Positions 13,111-25,794 of a stretch of DNA of 49,587 nt are shown one piece after another. The stretch comes from Asterionella formosa (Eukaryota). The position numbers and the translations under genes were made by a program. The notes beneath the pieces were generated by a model. The model made no database searches, was not told the origin of the DNA, and was given only the letters and a program-made list of their open reading frames with translations. Position 1 is the stretch's first letter; each line of letters starts with the position of its first letter. The stretch is from the NCBI GenBank assembly GCA_002256025.1, contig NKIB01013945.1:1-49587 (forward strand), written 5' to 3'.

Positions 13111-14181
13111 GCAGCATATCAAACAACCCTCCTTCATATTTCGATTGCAACGCATTGGGAAACAGCCAAAATTGTAGCATTTCTAAATGTTAATAAGAAA
13201 TAAACTAAATACATGAAAAAATAAAATTATACCAATGAATAACTCATTCACTTTGGGAACTGGGATACAGCTGTTTTGTCATGACAACTCTCTCATCACA
13301 CAAGGCACAGATTTCGATTTCATTTCATAAACAATCTACCAGCAGCACAAGATGTATTCATATTTGGTCTGATTATAGCCAGCATTGTCAGTGACTAACA
13401 ATGGCGAGATTGTTAAGCAAATCAAATCAATGATTTTATTATATTTAAAATGAATATGAGGAGGCATTACAAATGGGAGGATGCATTGCTATTAATATTT
13501 AAAATTATAGTTAAATTTTTATTTGATGTCAGATAAGCAATATAAAATAATAAGAATATCAGAGCACAACAACGGTATTATACATCAAATCACGAAGGAA
13601 TATTTGTGATCATATAATAATTTTGTCACAAATTAAATTGGTATTTCGAAGCGCGCCCAGTATTATGTACTACTGTAGTAATCCTGTGGTAAGTTTATGA
13701 AATCTACATTGTACCAACACGCAGTTCATCCTTATTAAACACATGTAAAATCGAATAAAAGATATCAAATATACATTGACTACAGATACATGTGAATGCC
13801 GGCATGTGATGGACCGCCCTGGATCCCAAAAAATGCAATACCGAACAAGGTGCATTCGTTTTTTGGTTCCAACTTTGCTTCAAATTTATTGCATGCATAG
13901 TACTATATATGTGTAGCATATGTATCATACTCCCACTGTTCCGGTAGGGTTAGGGTTACTGCCTCTAATGAAGTGCAAGCTACAAAAACTCTCCGGCTAA
14001 TGGCCCTTCCTATTTAAAAATTTATTCCGAACCTAATGGTTTATGTAATATTTGTTCTAAATATTCTAGATTGCCCAACCCGTGTATTGAGGAATTTTTT
14101 ATATTTTCCGCGACTAAAAAAGTTAACACGGAAAATTGCTTGTTGTTCAAAAAGCCGTACGCTAATTTCAATTGTTGGTTG

Positions 14182-14449
14182 TCCTGTCCAGTTCCAATTG
14201 GCGCGATTCTCACCATCGATAGCAGGGCTCGTTGTGGAGGAGTACTTCCGAAGGAAAGATTGCAAAAGGAGACCTCACGGGTTCAGAAATCTGGCATTTC
14301 CATAACACGTTACTATAATTGAGTCAGTTGAGTCAAAGCAGGTGGAACAACAAGCATGATCATGTTTTGATGTGGTGCATGTAATTATTGATTATTATAT
14401 ATGTATGCTCTGCTTTCAGTCATTGGCTATGCTTCCATCACTCAAGTGG
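14182..14449. repeat. Direct repeat copy B (about 270 bp)
   Basis: Highly similar to 11892-12161. Confidence 0.9.
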
Positions 14450-15686
14450 TTTTCCAATACAAGGAGGCGGCTCCGTTCAGCTGAACCCGCATCAATCAAC
14501 AGTGAAGAGGAACAAGGTTCATATTTGCTGCTTTGAGAGGATTCATTGTCTGGCTGCAAGAGCAATCAAACCAATTCCGCTTGCTTAGTCCAAGAGCACA
14601 TGTGATGTTGACCATGCAGCCTTGGCGAATTCAGCAGATCAGTGTTTGGGCATTTTTGGTACCATTGAGTCAGTTTGCTTGCCCCTTTCTCAAATCGTTG
14701 CTCTCCATTAGCTAGTGTTGAGTTTATCACGCACTGTTTCTTGCATTTTTCTCATGTTGCTAGCTACCACTGGTTCCCCATGTATGATAATTCAAAAACG
14801 ACAACTGACCTTCGATGCAATTTTAAGTGCCTTGACCTCCCTGCAATGTTGCCATCTCTTTTGAATCATTTGCATTTATATTGCTTAGAACTGCTGAGAC
14901 ACAAGAACAAGTGAAATATTGTGGGACCATTGAACCAAGGGAATCCAATGCTGCAAATGGAGATAAAATGCTGTCGTGATTAATGATATATATGTGCTGA
15001 CTGTGTGACTGAATTCATTGGTACTAGGCTGCTATTCTGGAGACTTCGAGTATTGCTCCATCAGCTCCATGACCACACTTATTGTAATTTACTTCAGCAT
15101 TTCCTACAAGGTCATGTTGATGACACTGTGAATATGGAACTGGATTGTTTGTTGGACTTCATTAGAGAGATTGCAGTTAGTGAATTTGTCAACTTTTTAA
15201 GGGTGCAAAGAAGATTGGATGGCATGTACTTGTTATTTATCCTGGAAAAGTTGGCTCGAAGATTTGTTGATGAGGTTTGCTGGCCTTCAAAGCAATGTGT
15301 CCAAATTTTGCTAATGCAATGAAAACTATTCATTTGATTGTTGATGATGACTTAATGCCACAAGTTGAAGGGACCTTATCTTCCAAGATATTTTTGTTGA
15401 ACTTGTCTTTCCGTCCAGATCAATTTTTCGGAACAAGAGATTGTCATTTTCTTGACCTTCCCTTGAAACAAATTTTGGTTGAAGTATCTAACTAGAAGTA
15501 GCAGTATTTGTTGAATATATGAGCTTATTAGTTGAACCTTCTGTGCAACTCGTTCTCTAACCCGACACCAAACACACCAAAGTATACAATAAATGCTAGT
15601 CGAGTTCTCTCATTATTCAGCTCTCTTATGTATGATATAACACTAACCCTATATACATCTGTCTTGATGCGCGGGATCGCTCACAC

Positions 15687-16125
15687 GGTACCTGGTACCT
15701 GGTACGATTATCGTATAGGGTGCATAACATGAAACACAGTCCAAGATGACATTCTCCAGAAGGAAGTTCCGATAATCGAGATATTTAGCTAAAACGTTTC
15801 CTAAGATACTGGCTGTACGACTTGAGCATCGACCAACTTGACTCTGTTTACCAGGTACCAGTAATTCACGTCTGCGTACCGGTGCATAGAAACTCGTAGG
15901 AGTACCAGGTACCCGAAATCACCTGTTCGTGTCGTGGCGCGCTGGCAAGGTTCGAAATTCCAAATCCTTGAGAGAGTTTTTGATACGAACGGTAGGTGCC
16001 AGTTATTATTTGTACATACCGTAACCCTGGTACCTGGTACCACTATGAAATATCACATACTTACAAAACAGCTATACTATGAACCAGTATACTGGTACCA
16101 TACCTGCACAGCAGTACCTGGTCCA
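15687..16125. promoter_or_regulatory. Cluster of TACC(W)GGTA / GGTACC motifs upstream of the P4-ATPase
   Basis: ggtacctggtacctggtac (15687), taccaggtaccagta (about 15849), gtaccaggtacc (15902), cctggtacctggtacc (about 16026); function inferred from position only. Confidence 0.4.
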
Positions 16126-16351
16126 AATTTCTGATAATAAATACCGTGTTGTTTATTCATGTTTACAGAAATGCAATACCGTCATATTGTAAACAGTTGC
16201 ATTCTACACATGAATCAAACCGATGAGAGTACATAGATTTTTCGTCCTTGTTCCCGAAAATTTCATATCATAAAAGCAAAAGTTTTTGTGTGTGTTGTTC
16301 ACATATATTTATGAGGGTGAAAACCATTCAAACAATTCAGCTGATTTCGCT

Positions 16352-19300
16352 ATGACCCACAAACGCAAGCAAGAGGACGAAAGCCCTCGAATCCTTTTGG
16401 CGGGTAGGCCTGACCATGAGCGATGTGACAACAAGATTAGCACCTCAAAGTACTCCTTCATTTCCTTTCTACCAGTGGTAAGTCAGAATAAGATCAGGTA
16501 GCGCTGATTTGTACTGGACTATCCGTAGAAGGAAGGCGGAATGGTTGATCAATGTTGAGGATCAATACCTCTTTGGTGGAACTTGAGATTAGGCTTATCA
16601 TTATTTCGTTACCGTTATCTTAATTGAAAAATGCACTATCTGCCCGGAGAAACGTTGCCAAACGTAGCCTCACTGTGAAGTCATGGAAGCTACTGCAACT
16701 TTTGAAATTGCCGACCCATTTATTTGTCTATACTCACCGTGATTTCAACGTATTTTGCAGGCGACTTTGGAGCAATTTCGTCGTGTTGCCAATCTTTACT
16801 TTCTCATCATTGGTTCTATCATGGCGATCGGATACTATTCAACTGCGTTTGAATCGGCGATCAGCCCTTGGACGACATTGGGACCACTTTGTTTTGTCAT
16901 CAGCGTCTCGCTCTTGCAAGAAGGTCTCGCTGATCTTAATCGACACAAGTCCGACGATGTTACCAATAATTCGCATTGTGTGATTCTGAACCGTTCTGAC
17001 AATCTAGACCATGAAGGTGGAACCCGTGAACCTTCGATTTTGAAAGGAAAGGACCTCCATGTCAGTTTGGAACGAGCCTACTCTCTCGCAAGCCCGCGCG
17101 GAGGTGGCCAGTCATCTGCAGTATCAGTACCAGGAAAATCTTGTGAAGTAGCTTTTCAGCAAATCAAGCGAATGGATATTCGTCAGGGGCACTTAGTCTT
17201 GATTCGCAACCGTGACATGGTGCCCGCAGATTTGATTTTGATGGCTTCGTCAAGCGACAACGGAAGTGCTTACATTGAAACATCTTCTATTGATGGAGAG
17301 ACTAACTTAAAACTAAGAACGTCGCCTCATCTTCCAGAAAAAGAGGGAGTGAAGAGTGCCCGCATCATCGCGGAAGAAAGAGGAGCACCGCATCTTTTAA
17401 GAGAGACGTTAGAAGAAGCGACCAAGCGAATTACACGATTCTCCACGTTAGCTTATCCGCATGGAAAATCTGCCTTGGAGAACGCCGCCAATCCCGTAGA
17501 AGATCGCGACGCTGAAGTTCATGAGCCACCCGCTTCTTCGTCGGGCCTGCATTTGATAGATCGAGGAATCTCGATGGCAAAGAGGGTAAAAGACGGCGCT
17601 AAAGCGGGTATTGGAGCTGCCCATGATTTGTTGGCTCACGCCCCAGAACAATTGCAAGAAGCACTTTCCACCGAAATCAAATATGTTGCTGCATTGACGT
17701 CAGAACCTCCGAACGCCTCCGTTAACACCTTCAGTGGTTCGTTTACCCTTCCACCCATTCAGGTCGGAGGTCCAAGTATTATTGTCCCATTGAACTCGGA
17801 AAACATATTGTTACGTGGTGCAGTTTTGAGGAACACAGAATGGGCGATTGGTCTCGCTTGCTTTACTGGAACGGATACGAAGCTTGTACGAAACTCGTTT
17901 GAAACCCCGTCAAAGTTCAGTCAGCTTGATAGATTGATGAACCAAACCGTCCTTTTCATTGTGATAATTATGATAATCTGTATTTCCTATCTGGCGACCT
18001 TATCAACAATCACGGCCAATAACGAGTTCGATAAGCTGTGGTAAGTCACTTTCGTCGATCGCTTGTCGTTTTGCCCTTCTTTGAGTGATTTATTCACCTC
18101 GTCGTTTATAGGTATATTGGGTTCAACAAAAACACTGCCGAGAAGTGGCCTTATTTGCCCGACACTCTTGAAGCGCCGACTTGGACGGATACACCTAGCA
18201 AGTGGATTCAAGTTTTCTTCCTCTTTGTGACGTTATTGAATAACTTTGTTCCTTTGTCACTATACGTTACTGTTGAAATTATCACTGCAGTACTGAGATA
18301 TTTTATCAATCTCGACATTGAAATGTATCATGCTAAGACAGACACACGAACTGTTGCAAGAAGTACGACTGTCACAGACTTGGGACAGGTTCAGTATGTC
18401 TTCTCTGACAAAACTGGAACGCTTACCCAGAATGTTATGGTTTTCAAGCGGTGCTCAGTAGATGGCAACGTGTTTGGAGCTCCGGTAGTAAAAGCTACCC
18501 CAGATTCTGATGAAGGCGAGATACCCTTCCACCCTTTGAAACGCCTTCTCACTGGAAAGCTTAATTTAAACGGTTCTCGCTCTACGGATACAGCAGGCCG
18601 GCAGCCGAGTTCTGGCTTAGAAGGACTTGGCGACGCGACTGATGTTGACGAATTCGAAGGCGGGACCATAACTGAATCTCAAACTCTCACATTCAATGCT
18701 GAAATGTTCCTTCGTGTGATGAGTATTTGCCACACAGTTGTGGTAGAAAAGGATTTTGACGCAAATACGCAAGGCATTATTGGCTCGGTCAAATCCTCAC
18801 CTTCAGGAAGTGGAAGCAGTAAAGGTGTTTTCCAAACAGTGAAAGACGCAGCCTCCCTGCTATTCAAGGGCAAGAAGAGTTTGAAACATTCTGAATCTTC
18901 TCTTCCGGAAGGCACGACCGCTGATAACAGAATGGACTTAGCTGTGGATATAGAGGGCATGGAGCAAGGCTCAAATCGTGCCCGAGCCAATACTACTGCT
19001 TCCGTAGTGGATCCCAGCATAAAGAATAAGGACGGTGCCCCAGGTGGCTTTGCCTACCAAGCCGAAAGTCCTGATGAAGGGGCTTTGGTTCAAGTATCTA
19101 GTCTGAAGTTCGACTTTCAGCTTGTTGGTCGCGACTCGTCAGGACTTCAACTATTGTGCAAATCTGCCTCGCTTCTCCAGGATCCAAACGTCGTCAAAGG
19201 GCTGAAAAGTGGGAGTTTGACTCTTAAGGCGATTGCCGCCGACACAGGTTCGCCCAATGGAGACAGTATCATTGGGCGCCAAATTCCAAAGGATCAAGGA

Positions 19301-22120
19301 GAACGCTTAGAGATTTGGAAGATTCTGGCCGTGAACAAATTCGACTCCACTCGAAAGCGTATGTCGTGCCTTGTAAGATCTCCGCCTGAGCTCGGAGGAA
19401 TCCCAATGCTGCTTTGTAAGGGTGCCGATACCGCTATGCTCGATCCCGATATTTGCGTTGGTGGGATCCACCTTATGTCCGGTGATGAGGACCGGGAAAC
19501 TATTTTGAAGGCAAGTCACGATGTTCCTCGCCCTCCCCGCCCTGCCACCAATTCATTGGGTGGACGCGGTGTGTCCATAGGAGGGTTGATGCAAGAACAA
19601 GAGGAGGACTGGGAGAAATCTAGTTTGCTCGGGATTCAAAGTCATCTCGGAATCTTTGCGCGCGAGGGTTTGCGGACGCTTGTCCTTGGTGTTCGCTTTT
19701 TGACTGACGACGAATGTCAGACCTGGCTGGAGGAATATAATAAGGCTGCAGCTTCGATTAAAGACAGAGATACAAAGTTGACCGCTGCCGCCCAAAAAAT
19801 AGAATGTAAGCTGCATATTGTCGGTGCTTCAGCAATTGAAGACAAGCTTCAAGATGGCGTTCCAGAGACTATAAAAAAGCTTGGTCAAGCTGGCATCAAA
19901 TTGTGGGTACTCACAGGAGACAAGCGAGAGACAGCGAAGGAAATCGGATACGCTACGCAGGTCCTTACTGAAAGGATGAGGCCTGGCCTGATCGAGGTGT
20001 GCACTGCTCCGAAGAATGACGTCCGCACAAAAATGTGTATGGAATTCCTAAAGTTGGTGAAGTATGCTAAAATCCCAGAGTATCAGAAAGCCGCAGTCGG
20101 TGCAGACGATTCTGGAAAATGGATTGAAAAGCTTTTGTTCAAGTTCGGCAAGTGCCGAAGATCGTTTTCTCGAGCAATCCGTCGGTTTTTTTACAAATAC
20201 GTTTTCGTAATTTTTCAATATTGCTTCTCAGAAGTTTCTTCCGACGACCCTACCTTGAAGGGCATTGACGAAGAAAAGACGAAGGAGGTCGATATTCTGC
20301 GTGTCTCGGAGCGTCGTCGTGGAGTCCGTGAGCGTGCTGAAATGATAGTTCGAGAGTATCTCAATTCAGACAACTATGTAGCATTTAAAAAAGCCGCCAC
20401 TATCTCAAAACGTAATGAAAATGCTGAAGTTGCATTATCTGATGAGGAGCTCTCAATGCTTACTGCTGACGAAAGGGACGTGTTCAGTCGGTCTCGTTCG
20501 GCTCAAGAAGTGCTTGATCAACGAAGAGCTGAAGGAAAGATTTCGGCAACTGAGCTTCGCAGTCTCACTATGGCAAATGTAACAGCCCACGATATCATAT
20601 CTGGAGAAGCGCCATTAGTAGATGAAGAGATTCTTTCGATGCAGAGTTTCCGTCCTACAGATGGTGACTCAGGCAAGGCAGATTACAGTAAAGCCAAGCG
20701 AACCATTCTTGAACGCGTGTTTGCTGTAGACAGTGCCACCCGTCATGGTCGACTCGCCAAGCATCTATATTCTGACAAGCTTAAAACCGTCACGGCGGGT
20801 AAGCCACTTCGACCAAAAAAAGCAGACGAGGAAGAGATTGTTCGCGTTGGGATTGACGGCCCAAGAGCTTTGGTCATTGAAGGAGCTGCGCTCGACCAAC
20901 TGCTTGGAGACACGCAGCTCGAAGAAATACTTTTTGCCGTTGCTAGTTCATGTGATTCTGTCATTGCATGCCGAGTAAGTCCAGCCCAGAAAGCTCAGCT
21001 AGTGCAATTGGTTCGACGATATGTCGTACCTGAACCCGTCACGCTTGCAATCGGTGATGGCGCCAATGATGTTGGGATGATTCAAGAAGCCCATGTTGGG
21101 GTTGGAATTTCAGGCAAGGAGGGCCAGCAAGCGGTGAATTCGTCTGATTTTGCTATTGCTCAGTTCAAATACTTGGAAACGCTACTCTTGATTCACGGCC
21201 GTTGGGACTTCATGCGCCAAAGTACTGTCGTCTTGTTTTCTTTCTACAAGAATGCTCTCATGGCTGGCTGTTTGATTATTTATTCAGGAAGAAATCTTTA
21301 CAGTGGAACTCCACTCTTTGATGAATGGGCTATTGCGAGTTTAAACTTTGTTGCTGGTGTACCAATCGCAGCGCTGGGCTTCTGGGATAGATGCCTGGAC
21401 AAAGACTATGTTCGTTCGCATCCAGAGGTATATGGTACAACGCGACGAAATGAACTAATTACCAATCGAATTCGATTGAGATGGGTCGCTCTTGTTTTTG
21501 TTCACGTTTTCACTCTTTACTACTTTACCGTACCTGCTCTCGCGACAGGTGGAGCAGGCTCATCTTCGGCTTTTCTGGGCCTCATGCGCAACAAGGAACC
21601 AGGGTCTCCTGGCAATGGAGAGGGTGGCGATTTGCAGAGTGTTGGTCTTGTGACTTTTTCATGTCTTATCATGTTGCTTGCTTATAAGGTTTCGTACGAG
21701 ACAAAATCGATCATTACTGGGAAATGGCCCGCCATCAGGTTGCGAAAGGACCCAACTGGTGAAACATGGATTGATCGAGTTTCATACACGTGGGTTGGTA
21801 CAGCATATTTTTCAGTCGGCTTTTACCTTTTTTTCATCTACGTATACAACTATCTTGGAACAGGTGGTCCAAGTAGCTTTTCCTACTTTGTCTATACGAC
21901 ATGGCATGTTCTTCATACCCGATCAATCAGTTGGATGCTGATTATGTTCGTTCCGATTGCTGGTATGGTATTTGATGTAACTGGCAAGGTCTTCTCCAAC
22001 CTATTTTATCCAACTCAAACACAAATCCATCTTGAGATCTTTGCGAAGCAAGGGACTGTGTATGGAGAAGCCTACAGCGCCTCAGGAAAACCTGATGTTG
22101 CGGATACTGGATTGGCATAG
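16352..22120 (+). CDS. P4-type ATPase (phospholipid flippase), about 1804 aa; exons 16352-16477, 16761-18040, 18112-22120
   Basis: N.ISTSKYS...FLP|..LEQFRRVANLYF, IETSSIDGETNLK, NNFVPLSLYV, FSDKTGTLTQN, YQAESPDEGAL, FDSTRKRMS, EGLRTL, IEDKLQDGVP, WVLTGDK, CRVSPAQKA, TLAIGDGANDVGMIQEAHVGVGISGKEG; both introns are GTAAGT...AG and preserve frame. Confidence 0.95.
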
Positions 22121-22332
22121 AAAGTTTCCCATTTTGTCGTGAAACACAGCTTCCGGTCCGTTGCTTGAATTCTGTTGCTCGTTTCTACATATTGCTACGG
22201 CTTGATATTAAGTGTGATGCTCCCCAGACTCAAGGTTGAGATGTATTCATATTCATGTCTAAGTACATGAATAATTGAAAAACTTACTAGTACCGAGTAT
22301 AGTCACCTATATTAATGTGTTCGTTTTCCTCG

Positions 22333-23574
22333 TCACAGAGACGATAGTGCAGCTCTGACTGCGTCAAGACCCGAACCGCCGTTGTTTTCGTCGTCCCTTC
22401 TACTGGTTTGCGATAGTTGGCTCCTCGCGGCTCGATCAATTGCTATTTCTTCTTCACTTTTCGGTCGGAGGCCTTCTTGTTCTCCCTGTTTGAACAGCAT
22501 TGATGTATTCTCAGGTTCACGGAGCTTCGTTAGCACATCGCAACGAAGACTACCAAGAGACGGCGGATAAAATCCAGCCAAAGTTTGATCGTCCATGCTC
22601 ATCGGTTCTAAGGCTATGACGGAGCCTTCGATTCGCAAAAGTGTCTCGTCATTAGGCAGCCACGCCAATCGAAAGATGCCGGCCTCACCTCCTTGGATGA
22701 CACGAGGTCCTTGCAGCAAAATCCCTCCTGGTAATCGGAGGTTCCAACAATTCTCGTTATCACCTGTTGGCCGACCATGCCAGGCATCAGATTCTTCCAT
22801 TTCTGTTATAGCCCACCCCTTGTTTCCACTTTGTGGTCCCCATGTCCACGAAGTCCCACCCCATACCTTATGCCAATAGAAGGGAGGGACGCCTCTGAAA
22901 AATACGGGATTGCCAGCCGTCGGCGGATACACTGCTTCGCTCTCGACCGTGGGTGAATCGTCTCGCAACGCTTCCCGCGATAACATGGTACGATATATTT
23001 TTAGGCCTGCGGGAGGACCGGACCCTGGGTCGACACCTGCTTTCCACACGGGTGCATGTTGAAAGACCACACGAACACGGCCATCTCCGTAGCTTAAGAC
23101 CAATTCTGTTGCCATGGCTCCTGATCTCAGCAGTGTTGGACCGTTGATGAGACCTACACTTCCCAAGCGAGCCTTGTGCATTTGATCTGGTGTGTACGTT
23201 GCTACTGGAAACGACTTGATATCTTCTGAATCAAAGCACTTTGCACAATCTGATTTGGTGGCACCCACAGCGATCTTGTGCGTGTGCTGAATTCGGTTGT
23301 TAGACTCGTCCAGCTCGAGGACGACAGCCGCAACTGTCTCGTCTAAGACATCTCCGATGTAGTCGTAGGTAGTCCAAACGCCCTTCCACGCACCCTTGGC
23401 GTGATGCTTGACAAATAGATCCCATTGGATCTTGGAATCCTCGGTGACGGGAGCTACTGTCGAGTGCAGGGAATGGTCGTTTGACAGTGATTTGCAGGTC
23501 AACGCTGAGCGTAGAACAAACGCGAGCGATTGGGACAACAATGTTGTCGTCAGTAGGGAAGCGAACAGTTTCAT
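22333..23574 (-). CDS. Probable plastid-targeted DUF3598-like beta-barrel protein
   Basis: Likely start MKLFASLLTTTLLSQSLA-FV (signal peptide plus Phe at +1, S/T-rich transit region); WDLFVKHHAKGAWKGVWTTYD resembles the DUF3598 N-terminus. Confidence 0.6.
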   Translation of the reverse strand: MKLFASLLTTTLLSQSLAFVLRSALTCKSLSNDHSLHSTVAPVTEDSKIQWDLFVKHHAKGAWKGVWTTYDYIGDVLDETVAAVVLELDESNNRIQHTHKIAVGATKSDCAKCFDSEDIKSFPVATYTPDQMHKARLGSVGLINGPTLLRSGAMATELVLSYGDGRVRVVFQHAPVWKAGVDPGSGPPAGLKIYRTMLSREALRDDSPTVESEAVYPPTAGNPVFFRGVPPFYWHKVWGGTSWTWGPQSGNKGWAITEMEESDAWHGRPTGDNENCWNLRLPGGILLQGPRVIQGGEAGIFRLAWLPNDETLLRIEGSVIALEPMSMDDQTLAGFYPPSLGSLRCDVLTKLREPENTSMLFKQGEQEGLRPKSEEEIAIDRAARSQLSQTSRRDDENNGGSGLDAVRAALSSL

Positions 23575-24735
23575 GGTGACTTTTATTTGGTTTGTTAAGT
23601 GGTGGCTCGGAGTTTTAATATACCGGTATTTGGGTGAATGTGTTACAGACGAGTCGGTACTGTCTGGTACTGTAAGCACTCCGTTCTCCAGAGAATTAGC
23701 GACCGGTAGCATGTGATCATACTAAAATGAAAAAGTCGAGTCAACAATTGAGATCTCAGGATAGTGGTGATCGACATACGGTATGTATGGTGGTGCACTG
23801 TGAAGAAGCGACCTGATGACGTCAGCAAGGAGTCAGTTTGAAATATTAATATCATTCCTCCACACATGCACCAGTTCAATTTTGGTCTTCAATGTTGCAT
23901 CATGCACATAAACAACAACCTCAAACCTAAACAACAAATGCACATCCGAAATTTGATGGTTGAAATCAGTTGCTGGTTGCTGCTATGTACTCCATCCCTC
24001 CATTCAGCATGTAAAACTGCAACCAAACTTTAGGTCACTGCCTCTGCTCATGAAGCACAAGCCCTGATAATTCTCCAGCAAATAGTTCCTCCTATTAAAA
24101 ATGTTCCAAATCAAATGGTGTTATGTTATTGGTTCTGTGTATTCTAGAAATAGCTAGGTGAACCTGTCTTCAGTTCTTTTGTTTTTCATGGCATTTTGCC
24201 CTGATCGGAATGTTTGCTTTGGACCCCCTTTTTTGTTGACCCTTCTCTAACCAATAGACATAAGTAGAAGATTTGAAGCCAGAACAGCTTCAATTAATTG
24301 TTGATTGCTTCTTGCTTCACAAATTCAAAAGGAGGCTGATGAGACCTTTGACATGGATGGCCAGCTTGTCATAAATCCCGGCATTACAAAATGTTAGCTT
24401 TATGATTCAAGGTCTGTAGGACCATTTTTTTGTCCAGAAACACTTACTTGTTAGTTAATTTAACTATAATTCTTTGGTAGAAATAGCCAATATTACACAC
24501 ACAGATACAGGTCTGTATGCTCCATATTATTTGGGTACAGCTTTTCTCAATTTAACACTTGCAGTTGAGACACACTAGAAACCTTGTCATTGACTGAGAA
24601 ATTTGGAGCAGCCAAGCACAAAATGCAATTTTTTGACCTACAAGTAAACCTAAGCTTTATCTTTCATTTCTGTTGTTAGGTGGTAAAAATTCAACCATTA
24701 TCATGGTGACTATTGTATTCTCTTCCTCATCAACA

Positions 24736-25350
24736 ATGATCAGTGGTGCCCACACTACTCTATTCTCTAAGAATCCAGTCGCCGACCGCGCGTTCTTCAA
24801 GGAAGTCTTGAAGATCCCATGCGCTGATGCTGGTTGTGGATGGCTCATTGTTGAATTGTCCACACTCACAATGGGATTTTCCGAAAGGGACTGTGGCGGT
24901 GCGGACCTTGATACTGCAGATAAGAAAAAAATGACCCCAAGATCCTTTTTCAAGTCAAGGATATCCATTACTTTTTGTCAAGGAGATGAAGGAAGTGCAC
25001 ATGGTTCCTTGTGATGAGCCAAAGATGGAACCTTGGGGCTTTGTCACCAACTTCTGCCTTCCTGGAGGCGGCGAAATCAGCGTTTATCAACCTCTCCATT
25101 GCTTTCCCTCGAAAGAAGATGATTTTATGGAAGGCAAGGTGAGTAATTTCGTGGTGATGACAACAAAATCACTCTACATGACGACTGACACTTTGTTCTC
25201 ACGGAAAATTGTTACTAGGAAGGCGAGAACACTACCGGTCGTGCCAAGCGCAAGTTAAAGGAGAGCACAGATATTCATGCTGACGAGGGGTTAGAATCTT
25301 TCCAGTCGGCGACTCCAGCGAAGATTTCCAAGCACGTCAAGGCAATCTAA
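24736..25350 (+). pseudogene. Bacterial-type VOC/glyoxalase-family gene, frameshifted at homopolymers (pseudogene or sequencing error); intron 25139-25218
   Basis: MISGAHTTLFSKNPVADRAFFKEVLKIPCADAGCGWLI ... EPKMEPWGFVTNFCLPGGGEISVYQPLH; intron GTGAGT...TAG, then an open 43-codon exon ending TAA at 25350. Confidence 0.7.
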
Positions 25351-25794
25351 ATCTTTGCAACATTTTTTCGTGTTTTATTTGAGTACTCAATCACTTCATA
25401 TATCTTGCCTTTATACTAAAACTTATAGTCTTATACTTACTTTGCTTGATTACGATGGGTCATAGGTGTTCATTGTCATTGTATTTAGGAAATTACTTTT
25501 GCAATTTCCCTTTCTTTCAAATCAAACCACCATTTCCTCTTTGAGAAGTAGGCGCTTGAAAAAATTGAAAGACGACAACATTGGCTGGTTTTTCTTTTTG
25601 TAGTGTTGGAATAAGAACACACCATCAAGAGCGAAAAAAAGATTTTTGAATCTCTAATAATAATCATCGTTCTCAACAATTGCAAGTCGTCGTGTCCAAC
25701 ATTTTTTGATCAAAGTTCCTGTTGGAACATAGTGGTTTAACTTCTGTTAACTTTCCTCTACGACTGCACCTGGCACTATGATCACTCCCCCAGT

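Noticed and set aside
13268..13285. TA-CAGCTGTTTT, resembling the TIR end at 11734
   Set aside because: Only about 10 bp of match and no partner end found
13945..13959. TAGGGTTAGGGTTA as a telomere or healing site
   Set aside because: Only about 2 units; too short
11892..14449. 270-bp direct repeats as LTRs of a TRIM-like element carrying the trypsin fragment
   Set aside because: No TG...CA ends, PBS or PPT; copy A sits inside a TIR element
22333..22345. C-terminal SSL as PTS1 on the DUF3598-like protein
   Set aside because: The N-terminal signal peptide would commit it to ER/plastid import
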